Shown: one piece after another, positions 50,490 through 62,009 of the stretch
Layout: each line of letters opens with the position of its first letter
How positions within the stretch are numbered: the stretch's first letter is position 1
NCBI GenBank assembly: GCA_965644265.1
Contig: OZ286472.1
Location: 39,556,001 to 39,620,000, forward strand
DNA length: 64,000 nucleotides
Direction of reading: 5' to 3'
DNA from: Glycera tridactyla
Lineage: Eukaryota
The notes under the pieces: generated by a model
What the model was told of the DNA's origin: nothing
The model's database searches: none
What the model saw: only the letters and a program-made list of their open reading frames with translations
Made by a program: the position numbers and the translations under genes

Positions 50490-52054
50490 CAGTTTTTCCT
50501 CCAAAATTAAGTCTGACAAGCATTACCTCTCTGACGCAACCAGTGATTGACCTGAATGGCAGCGATTACCTGCAACAAATGACCACTCAATGCAACCGGT
50601 GCCTTGATCACCTGCTGGGGATGGATGGAAAATATTGATTAATTCAATGAACATTTATTGGAGGCAGCATGAATTTTCAGAGGGGGCAGGTGAATTCGAG
50701 ATATACCTGCCCACCAACAAGTGGACATTTTCCGTGCCCTGTTAAATCAAATCAATTCGTGATTGAAGCGATGCGAGACTACTGACAAAGTGCACGAATA
50801 TCATGATTGATCTATGCTTAGTGGCATCTGTATTAGTTGTGTTTCTTGTTCCTCCCGAGCCGCGAGTGGTACTGTCATCCCCATTTGGAGGTCGTCAGAA
50901 GATGCGACAACGCAGATGTACCAGCCCAGATGGCCTACAAGCCAGGTTAAACATGAAGCTTGATTGAAATCGATGGGGAGGGACTCAACCTCAGAAATAA
51001 CCAGATGAGTGTACAGCCAAATGGTGTGATGCCACGATGCATCTTCATGTTGCTATAGGCAACCGCATCATCACCGGGTGTCTTCGAGACAATACTCTCT
51101 CCACATCACTTGTATACAGCTTCACCTCTCCACTGCACCAATAACAGACAGACAATGTGAACCCTTGGGTGTAAAGCAACTTCCCTCCCCCCCCCCCCCA
51201 TGTCACCAAAATAAGGTCTCAAAATAGGTGGTCTCTCATCAGATGTATATTCGACTATGTCAAATAAAAAGTGGCTCTGAAAGCACGGTCTCTCATTGAA
51301 GGTGGTCCCTCCTCAGGGGATGTCACAATGCAGGATCCAATGTAAGCATACTGATGAATGTCCTTTGTTACATGGCTATTTCTAAAACCATGCAAGAATC
51401 ATGGAAGAGATCTCTCATGTTGCTACACATTTCTATGTGAGGTCAATGCTGATGATGATGCAGATGCTGGTTGTCGTAGTAACAGACAAGTACTGGTTGG
51501 TGACAGTCACTGGCATCTAATACTGCCTACTAGCAGCCATATCTAGATAGACCTCGTTAGAGTGTGAGAGTCGGTGGCAGTGGTCTGCGTGTGTCTGCAA
51601 CCCACCCACACCACCAGGGATCCAGCTCCCATCTTCAATCATGCCAGTTTCAGATGTCCCCTTCACAAATACAAAAGTGTACAACAAACAGCAGGGGTGT
51701 TTCCACTTCTATCCCTTGAATCTATAGGATAAGTGCACACCCATTCCAAAACTTTAAGTCCACCTATTCGATAAATTACGCTTTTACTGCACCTATATGA
51801 TCAATAGAACTTTGAAATCAACAGAGCTTTCAGTGCACCAGTTCAATTAATACAATTTTTGGAGCATCTATATAATTAATAAAACTTTTTGTGCACCTAT
51901 ACAATCACTAAAACTTCCAGTGTTCCAATTTATAAAATTTGCTACATTCAAACCAATTTGGTACTCTGATGTCATTTTATTATCATTTGATTTGGTGGCT
52001 GTCAATGACAGCCGGTTGATGAAATGTATTCTCCAAATTGTCCATTACCATATA

Positions 52055-53395
52055 CAGTAAAAGCTGCTTGAGCGTGATTCTGCGCACAGCAAAATCCTGT
52101 CTACAGCACATACTCAACGGTCGGCCCGAACAGAAACCTGTCTAACGCGAAAAATGGAATGACATTTTCAGTCCCGTGGAGCCTTTCGTCCTGTATTCTG
52201 CTAAAAGCGAAGTCGACATCAAAACTCGCGAGTGAGCAATTCTACGTGTTCCGCTTGAGAAATCCACGATGACCATCCCAACATTTACGATAATGTGAGC
52301 AAATCTACATTTGCGCCTTCCACATACGATGGATTGACATTGTGAGTGGTTCTACATGTTCCACTCGAGAATCTTGAGAAGTTGTGCAGTCATAGCCAGA
52401 TTCTTCTTCTGCTCATATCACACGATCCATCTTTATCCTGCTTCAAACAATTTTTTTCAGAAAAGGCTAAATCATACGTTCTCATACTCCAGCCCCATCA
52501 TATACAATTTCCAAAAAATATCGATCAAAATCTGCTACAGAAATGAAATCACAATAACACAGTCGCGAGATGTCAACAACATGCCTCTCTCAGGCAGACT
52601 TCGGCAACATGCGGTGGCCGAGAAAGGCTTGTGGCGCTTCATAACACTAGTCTTCATGGATTCACAGGCGATATTCGTTGTCTTCTCGGGATTTATCATT
52701 CAATCTATCATATTTGAGCTGCGAGGAATCAATTGGTATGCATATTCAAGTGCTCAAACAAATATATCTCATCGAAATTCACGACGAAAGACAAGCAGCG
52801 CGGAACTAACTTGGGGAATCCCACCGCCGCCATTCTGTTTTTCACTCAACAAATTTTTCAGCCTCTCCCTGGTGGCCATAGCGGTTGACGTGTGTAGCAC
52901 TGTCACAGCGTAGGGGTTGACGCGCATAGCCCGGCACTGCAGAGCAACACTGCAGAGCATCATCTATTGTAGCGGTTGCAGGGAGGCCTTGCCATTACGA
53001 TAAACTATACTATATAGAATCACACTGTTTGCGCAGTATACTGCCCAATAATCTCAGGATTTGTCTGATACAGTCGAACCTGTCTATAAAGACCGCCTTC
53101 GGTCGTATCAAAAAGCAGTCTTTATGGGCAGGTGGTCTTCATAGAGAGGTCATTCACTGTTGAAAATACTACCACGGTTGCAGCTTAGGTGGTCTTTATA
53201 GAGAGGTGGTCTTTAGAGCAGGTTCGACTGTATATGGTTTGTTCACATATCACTAGTATTTATCACGTGATGTGAGCACAAAGGCAGCAAGGTTGTATTT
53301 TTTCAGTGACATGTGAAAATCCTGTGCAAAACGAGATCCTGTCTATAGCGGAAAAACTTGGTCCCATGACTTTTCTCTATAGACAGGTTTTACTG
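52055..53395 (+). mobile_element. 1341-bp pogo-like non-autonomous element, TA TSD
   Basis: TA|CAGTAAAAGCTG...CAGGTTTTACTG|TA; subterminal AAAATCCTGT repeats. ORF 52356-52913 shows no transposase motifs. Confidence 0.85.
53071..53230. mobile_element. 160-bp pogo-like MITE nested in 52055-53395
   Basis: TA|CAGTCGAACCTG...CAGGTTCGACTG|TA; approximately the reverse complement of 36739-36879. Confidence 0.9.
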
Positions 53396-54630
53396 TATAT
53401 AGATGCCAGATTCCAAACTGTGATTACTCACACATGATTCACGATGAGAGACCACCTCTGATGGGAGACTGCTTTTTCAGGGCAGCTTTTCCATTTGATG
53501 TACTCAAATATAACTCGGACGAGAGACTACCTGTTCTTGAGTATGAGCATCGGTAAGTATGGAAGCAGTTCTCAGGTACAACATTGGCCAGTCATTCACA
53601 CTGTGATCATATAAAGTAGAGGGACAAGACAAAGTTCAGAGGAGCAAAATATAGAGGAAGATGAGTAGGAAAAAAAGTGACATTTCTGTGAGAGATGCCT
53701 AAGAGGGATGAAAGATGAAGTCATGTTTTCATTCAACCACTAGCATGAAAGAAAGAAAGGAGGATGCTACACACAGGCAACATCTTCCCCTAGGGCGACA
53801 CTTCAAAGTAAAATCCCCATGGCCATTGGTGGTGACCATCTGCCCCTCCCCCTCCCACTAATCCCTTACGGACAATGACCACTGAACAAGGCCAAGCTAC
53901 TGAATATTGAACATTCTTGGGTGGAGTACAAACTGGAAATTTATATGCCAATATGCTTCTCTTTATGCTCTCCCCCGGATGAAAGGATCACCCAGCAATG
54001 ATGGACAAGTGCACTAACATTACTGTTTGAAGTCAATCTATCAGAATCATGGCAAAAATGCTGATAATTCTGGCAAAGTATTGTCACATATGCAAGTAAA
54101 ACATATTATTATCAATTTACAAAGAAAAGACTGTACTTAAGTCTTATGGCAAACGAATATCTTGATGATCCTTTTTTTATTTCACTTCCCGATTCTGGAC
54201 ACAGACTCAGGTCTGATGAGTGATCAATTATTTTGGATGACTGATTTTGCTTCCAGGGTAGTCTCCTAATAGAGGGGTCACAGGAATTGAGCATATTTCC
54301 CACAACAGTCTCTGAAAGAGTGGTGAGTTGAATATGCTCAGCTAATCAGTTGAACTCAATACACAGCTAAACAGAGAAGACCAGTCTATGGATAATGCCC
54401 CAATCATTTCAATAGCAAACTATTCCACACAATGCAGATCTTCATACTCATATCACCTCCAACCATCGGAATCAGAAAATGGTTCTATCCGTGGAACATC
54501 ATCAATGAATATCGGATCTTATTTCAGCATGCCATAGTTATTGAAAGAGATTTTGTTCCACATTGTAACATACTGTCAAACTTGTCCTAAGCAATTCTTG
54601 TACTAAGCAAGAACTTATCCTAAGCAACAG

Positions 54631-55228
54631 GTCTATAGACAATAGACAATAGACAAAAACTTTATTTAACCAGGCGGTAACAGTTGAAGAAGTAACAAAA
54701 GGTACATATCATCAAATAAATCACAATTAGGCCATGTGGCCTACTCTAACACTGTAACCTGGGTTCAGATGGCTCAAGATTAGAAACACATGGTTTATAT
54801 ATTAACCTCCAATGATATTGCTAGATCTGGTTATTGAATGAAGGGTAGTAGAAAGGCATGTTATTGCTAAGATTACATCACAGTTTCCTGAAAGGCGAGT
54901 ATCAGAGCATGGTATTACAGCATAATTAATAAAGACTCTATACCTGACTATTCACATTACTCAGTCAACTTCTAGTAGATAAGGTAGATACACAAGCTTT
55001 CTTGAATGATCCAACAGAAGGCAGATTTCTTGTTTCAATATCGACAGAATTCCATAGTTTCACTCCATATACAGATAACGCCTTCTCTCCTTGGTTAGTT
55101 CTAGTTCTAGGAACGATGAGATTTCCTTGTACCCTTGACCTGGTCACTCTATCATGCTGGTAGTCTAAACTAAGCAATTGTGCTGAAAAATAGTGGGAAT
55201 CAATCTTATGAGTGACGAGTTTGTACAT
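54631..55228 (-). mobile_element. 3' fragment of an L2/CR1-group LINE with (TGTCTAT)3 tail
   Basis: ORF 54965-55228(-): HDRVTRSRVQGNLIVPRTRTNQGEKALSVYGVKLWN; AATAAA and tail at 54631-54666. Confidence 0.85.
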
Positions 55229-55234
55229 AAATAC

Positions 55235-58200
55235 CTTCCTGTGCAGATCCCTCTGTTCATCCCAGCCAAATAGTTTTCACTTCAAGCATGAACTTGCACT
55301 AGGCACACCGTTTTTCAATTCGCCTGGCTTCATGTTTAGGACAAGTTCCTCTGTACCTGCTGACTGGATGCATTACTCAGGAATACCGTGGCCAAAAAGA
55401 GACGTGTGGTTTGACACTTCCACTCGTGATCAGTGTCCTAAATGACCTTCATCTAATGCATACATGCCAATGAAGCCATCTTTGCGAGTTCCTCCTACCC
55501 TCTAACTGGCCATAGCCGACACATGATGGCTGTAAAATAAGTGGGGCGAGCGCGCCTGGGACAGGCATCATGTCACGAACCAGTAACGAGGAGACATGGC
55601 CACATCACTCCCATTAGACAAATGTATTTTGATTGGCTGATTATTGATCGTTAGATCAATCGAGTCCGATTTCCGTTCGCAGATGCCCCGACATCGTCCA
55701 CAAGCCAAACATACCTTGTCTACTCTCAGGCTACGAGCATTACCCACATCATTAATAATTTACTTGAATATTCCAGCAAGTGTTCAAGGTGAAAGGATGG
55801 GGAAGGCCTCATCAGTATACAAAGTGAAATCTGGCGATTCCTGTCACCAAAGGGGCCTGATAGTATTAGTTCACCTGGGTTTACATGAGTGTTATCAAAA
55901 GTAATGTAAACAAACCATCAGGCGATGTCAACAAACCATGTTGTCACAAACCTCACATTTTGGTCATTCAAAAGGCTCACATACTATCCACAGTATGCAC
56001 CACACTTCCTACAGTATATGCTCCTTGGTTATAAATGATACATCAGCAGCTAGTCATCGATTTCACTCTGAAAAAGTACATTTCATGCGTCATATAATAC
56101 AAATGGAGCACAGAGATACAATACATATATGGTACATCACAAAGGTCATCACTAAGGATACAATCATTCTTTTCAAAGGTTGACACCCTCATCATGGCTG
56201 GCTGTACAAAGATGCTCATTTCTATACACAGTGGCTTGTTATCATTCTAGTCTTGAAGAAGAGAAGTGTTTTAGATACTTTTCTGCAGCATTTCTATTAT
56301 CTCTTAAACCAGACACAACTCTAATTTCTGGAGACATTTTGTTTCAAGAATCTACTTGTGAAGGCAGTTTCACCCATACAGCTTTGAGATCTGGGCATGA
56401 ACGAGTCTCTCTGGGTATCGATGAGAAATAAATGCCATACTCTGATCTAAAATCATTTGCCCATATATTTTTGTTCAATTCAAGATAATATGAGCACTGT
56501 TGGGAAAACCATGCATGCAACAAATATCAATAAATTCAGTACAAAATTCAGTTCTAGTCATTCACCTTTGAAGTAGGATACATATAACTCATTGAAGAGT
56601 CTGGCGAATGAGAGATTATGCATGATCAATTCCTGTACACAATAGCTATGATTACAGTGCCAGCAAAATGACCAGGACAGAGATCGAATAGGAGTGTGAA
56701 TACACTATTCCACTCACTTAACTTGGAATCATTTTCGTCTTCCAAAAATAATCCATCAAATTATGGATCCATTACTCCGATACCAGCATTATCCAGGGAT
56801 TTTCCAGGGTAGATAACATAGCTTCAAATAAACACAAAGACCATTTTGGGTGTCAATGCTGCCCGACCCCATTCTGAAATTCCTGGGTCCATCGATGAAG
56901 ATCACATACGAGGTGTTCGTTCAAGAAGTGAGAGGCATGCAGGGGGAATGCAATCTCCCTTCCCTGCACTTGTTAATTACTAGCTGTATAGAGTCAATAA
57001 ACCCATGTAAACCACAGTACTGATCTAATTAGCAATAGGTGGCAAGAAAGGCTATCTTCCAATGATTCACTGCCAGCTGGTACTGAATACACTAAGGGTC
57101 TGCATGTGCACAGAGTTTGTACCCCATGTTTGATATGATCAATCGATCTCAAAATGGTCAATCATGAATTGTAAAATGTGATCAATCTCATCAGGAATCT
57201 TTCCTCTTGATACACCAATTGTTTGGGTAATTATCATATACCGATAGTGCACAGAATGTTTCTTTATTACTTGTGTCTTGTGATGTCCCATCCTTGTATA
57301 TACTTTAATGTTTATGTATGTTTCTTTGATTATCATATAGTGTACATAATGTCTCTATATCATGTGTGCCTTGTGATGTCCCATACTTGTAAATTCATTA
57401 TTTATCTTCCAATTTTAGTTCTCATGGCATGAATGGAATATATATAGACCTGTCGGCATTCATCGATTCTGCTTTCAGCTGATCTGCATGCTTTTGAAGG
57501 GGATAGGCCATCATTTCATTGATTTTACAGAGCTTCAGATTTCTGGTAGGCCTGGGCCCGTGGCCCACATTTTCGCCTTTTTGGCCAATCAATATGAGCT
57601 ATTATGGATCCACTGGCCCAGTTTTTTTGTTGGTTTTGAACATCAATAAATGGTGGATGACCCATCATTCTGAGTTATGGCCCATGGTATTCTTAATTCA
57701 TGGGCCATATGGGCCCACTGACCTGTCAGAAAATTTGAAGCTCTGATTTTATTTTTTCGACAATTCTGACCTGGGTAATCAAGCCAGAATCTAACTTGGA
57801 GTGATGTTCCATGCAATGAACCTTCTACTTGCAATGAAAATACAGCTAATGAACACCCACGCTGCTTATAAATCTCGATTACAGTCACATGAAAGCCACA
57901 CGGCAGCACACCTGTACATCATTTCTGTGTCACGCTTGCTGTACATACAAATACACAGGCTGTATTCTGGCCAGTATTCTGGCAACTCCCCACACATTCC
58001 GATCTGCCACAGACAAGAGCTAATCAACAGCCTTCATTAGTCCTGACATGCATGCCTGCCAAGGACATTCCAAGGTCAGCCAGGCATCCCCTGACATTAG
58101 CCTGATCTGGACTTCTCTGGGACTCATCCATGAATTTACTACCAGTGATTAAGCATTGGTCATCACTAGCCAATGATCACTCATGGGCTATATTCAGTCA

Positions 58201-59589
58201 TTTGCTTCCAAATCATTTTCAATTAGCTCACTTTGAGTAATGGGAAAATTCCAAATTGTAGGTAGTTGTGATTTCCCTACGTTTCATATCTGTAATGGCT
58301 GGCCAACAGAAATCGATGAAACAAACCACCATCAAGAGTGGTGTGACATGTTAGTTAAAAAAAACTGAGCATATGGAGGTCATGTGAATATATTCTCTGT
58401 TCACAGGGTATCAGTATGGCCATTTCTCCAACTGATTATTCACCTAGATGGCCTTGAGGATTATGCATCAAACACAGATTTCAGATATCAGAAATACAGA
58501 ATTGATGACAAAAAATATGGTTCCCATGACTGGAGCGAACTAATAAAAGTTTTGGGTGAAGTCTCAAGCTAGTACTGCCTAAAGATGAAATTATATTCAT
58601 CGACAAATTTGCTGCAAGGAATTGTGCACCTGTATGGTAGAGCATCAAATGTATGGTATTCTGAAAGAACCCTGACATATGATGCCGGTTTCACTAAAGC
58701 AATTTGCCAATAATGTAAAAGCTTCAGACTGGAGTTCTGAGCCAACGTCTGTAGTTGTCTGCCAATTTGTCAGTTCATAATTTGGGTTTCAAATCTACTG
58801 AAAGCTGTTTTGCGTTTGCAATTGATTTTATTGCATTTTATTTGTAGCAAGGAAGAAGTGATTATTAGATGGATTTTTCTGGAACAGATATACTGAAGGT
58901 AGATAACACTGGTGAAATGTTCTCATCTCATCACCCTGAGATACCACTGAATGAACAAACATCCAGTATGTAGTCTATATACTTGAAAACATCGGAGATC
59001 AATTTCCTGGGAGACCTTTTGAGATATTGATTGTATTTTCGATGCGAGACTCCTATCTCATGTTACTTCGCACTGAAATGGAAATTATTTCAACTCTATC
59101 TAACACAGGCATATCTAACACAGGCATATCCCATAAAAGAAATGATCATCTGTACCAGCATTCTCTAGAATTTTTCATTATCTTCCCTGGAAGGAATTGT
59201 GTTCCCATACACTCACATTCTTTGTACCATATTGGTGAATAGAATGCAGTGCAAAACATGGAGCAAGCCATTTAGACTGGATTACCAGCACCTTCTTGAG
59301 CGATCCATCCATCCGGATTGAATACTTTCCTCAAGTACACTAAACTGTTTCAATGCTATCCAATCTACCATGAAGAATACATCCAGATCAATAATGCTTC
59401 TTGATGAAAGAATAAGTGGTCTCTTGAAATTTATTTATCTGTTCTGAAGAGAGATGGCAGAATGAACAGCATATGTTCATATATTGACTGGAACCCTCTG
59501 TATCCATCTGGATCCACATCCTTAACTGTTCGTGTTCTGTCTTTTGCATCCAGCACTTCTCTGATGTTGTTCTCCCTCTTTCTCAAGTA
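55235..59589 (-). pseudogene. Possible heavily decayed ORF of unknown identity (patchy)
   Basis: Protein-like frames broken by isolated stops at 55235-55495, 56170-56520 and 59185-59589; no recognised motif. Could be chance. Confidence 0.22.
57528..57745. mobile_element. 218-bp TIR MITE with CAGAG ends and 6-bp TSD (hAT-like)
   Basis: CAGAGCTTCAGATTTCTG...CAGAAAATTTGAAGCTCTG; ATTTTA at 57522-57527 and 57746-57751; repeated GGCCCA motifs. Confidence 0.85.
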
Positions 59590-59825
59590 TGTAATTCACA
59601 CTTATTTCAGGGAGGACCATACATCAATCAGGGTACATTAGCTGCTGTGGCTTGTGGCTAAGAGCCTGACAGGAGTCAAGATTCCTTCAATGTTGGCTGG
59701 GCCACCAAGTCTCCCTTCTTCAAGGGTATGGAATTTAAAGGCCCAAAACCCAACCTGGCATTTCACTGATGATGACCTGTCTGATTCTGTATCAGCTGTT
59801 CATGGTGTTGCTGAGTCAGTCATGA

Positions 59826-60725
59826 GTGGGATGTGTAGTACCAGACCCTAGGAGAGTCTGTACAACAAATTTGAGAAGGCTAGCCCTGGAACTGTTCGAG
59901 TTATTGGTTGGAAACCATTTTGACCTTTTTGATTTAGTGACCTTGAAATTCAAGACAACTGCCCCAAAATCAAGAGATGTCTTGCCATACCCTAGGAGTC
60001 AGTATACCAAGTTTGAAAAGATTAGCCCTGGAACTTTTTGAGTTAAAGGTCAGAAACCATTTTGACTTTTTTGCACCCAGTGACCTTGAAATTCAAGATG
60101 GCCGCCCCAGAATCAATACGTGTCTCACCAAACCCTAGAGGAGTCTGTACACCAAATTCGAGAAGGCTAGTGATTGGTCGGAATTTGAGAAGGCTAGTTA
60201 TTGGTCGGAATTTGAGAAGGCTAGTTATTGGTCGGAAACCGTTTTGACCTTTTTGCACTCAGTGACCTTGAAATTCAAGATGGCCACCCCAATATCTATA
60301 GGTGTCTTGTTAGACCCTAGCAGAATCTGTACACCAAGTTTGAGAAGGCAACTATTGAAACTTTTCACTTTATTGGTCGGAAACCATTTTGACCTTTTTG
60401 CAATTAGTGACCTTGAAATTCAAGATGGCCGCCCCAATATCAAAAAGTGTTTCATGAGACCCTAGGAGAGTCTGAGAAGGCTAGCAACAGCACTTATAAA
60501 GTTATTGTCCAGGAACCATTTTGACCTTTTGGAACTCAGAGATCTTGAAATTCTTGTCATACTCTGGGAGAGTCTGTATACCAAGTTTTAAAAGATTAGC
60601 CCTGATATGTTTTGCGTTATTGGTCGGGAACCATCATTCACCCACCCAGCCACCCACCCACCAACCCACCCAGGGTCAATTCGAAAACATAATGCCCCTC
60701 CGGTGTTACACACCGTGGGGCATAA
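59826..60725 (+). mobile_element. HINE/CvA-like element with ~143-145-bp core units; 5' end not found
   Basis: TGACCTTGAAATTCAAGA anchors at 59938, 60081, 60263, 60408; 27-bp triplication at 60156-60236; (CACC)n; 3' hairpin ATGCCCC..CGGTG-TTACA-CACCG..GGGGCAT. Confidence 0.75.
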
Positions 60726-61174
60726 CAGAGACCAGTGTTAGCATCACATTTCAATCATATAATCAAAATTGTTACACAACAAATATGTGTGTGTGCACGT
60801 AAGTGTGTGCGTGTGTGTAGGACACTGGCAAAAGAAATTCATGGTCTTGTTGCCAAATCTGAAAATCATGATATGCTTGTCATAGGACACCATATCTCTG
60901 TCATGAATACAATGTAATCTCTGATGAGAACGAACATTAAGAGTTCATTCAACCAGAGTAAAAATTGATTGACTAGTGTCACACGTGAAAGTCAACACGA
61001 GCATGTCAATGTTAAATGCACAGTAATTATTAATTAAATCTGCTTCCTGCATGCTGCTCTGCTTCAATGAGCCTGTCTAATTTTTTACACCAGAAACAAA
61101 TGACTGCCATGCATGCTCCATTGTTGTTGCCGCTGATGCCACTGCCACCAGGGTGACAGCTTGAGCTGGATGCC

Positions 61175-61560
61175 AGCAACATTCTAGCTTAACCTGCCCC
61201 TCCTCACAGTATCCTTGACGAGCTCCATCTTGATGCAAGCAATATTCTAGCTTAACCAGCCCCTCCTAACAGTATCCTTGACAAGCTCCAGCTTGATGCA
61301 AGAAACATTCTCACTTAACCAGCCCCTCCTCACAGTATCCTCGACAAGCTCCAGCTCGATGTGAGCAATATTCTGGCATAACCAGCCCCTCCTCACAGTA
61401 TCCTCGACAAGCTCCAGCTTGATGCAAGCAACATTCTTGCTTAACCTGCCCCTCCTCACAGTATCCTTGACATGCCCCAGCTTTTTTGCTTAACCTGCCC
61501 CTTCTCACAGTATCCTTGACAAGCTCCAGCTTGATGCGAGCAATATTCTAGCTTGTCCAG
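61175..61560 (+). repeat. 63-bp tandem repeat, about 6 copies
   Basis: ACAGTATCC anchors at 61206, 61269, 61332, 61395, 61458, then one shortened unit. Confidence 0.92.
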
Positions 61561-61969
61561 TCTCTCCTCAAAATAGCTTACCAATTAGAATTTGACATGT
61601 TGAAACTGAGACCAAGAGACAGAATGAGACAGATTTGGAGACCATCAGAACGAGTCAGTCTGTTAATCAGTCATGAAGGAGGGGGATGAGAAAGGAGAGT
61701 CTTCACAGAGAAAGAGAGATGGAATAAAAGGAGCTGGAGTGAGAGAGTGAAGGAGACAGAGAAGTGGTAAGAAGAGAGAGAGAGGGAGGGAGAGAGAAGA
61801 CACAGAGAGGTAGATGGCATGGAGAGGAGGAAAACATGATCAAGACAGAAGATAATGAGCGGGGAAGATGGACATTTGGGGGGGGGACGCAGAGACAAGA
61901 CAGATTTGAGAACGGAGAAAAGAGGAGAAAGAGATGGGGAGAAATTGGACAAAAACAGTCAGAAAGAGG

Positions 61970-62009
61970 AGAGAGTGAGTGAGTGAGTGAGTGAGTGAGT
62001 GAGTGAGTG
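61970..62009. repeat. (GAGT)n microsatellite ending a purine-rich tract (61730-62010)
   Basis: Seen directly. Confidence 0.9.

Noticed and set aside
52356-52913. 185-aa ORF inside the pogo-like element
   Set aside because: No HTH or DDE motifs, and it is not evidently preserved in the sister copy at 49700-50489.
61247-61508. ORFs through the 63-bp (21-codon) repeat
   Set aside because: Stops occur in several units and frames, there is no LRR-like or other motif, and no splice context; treated as a minisatellite.
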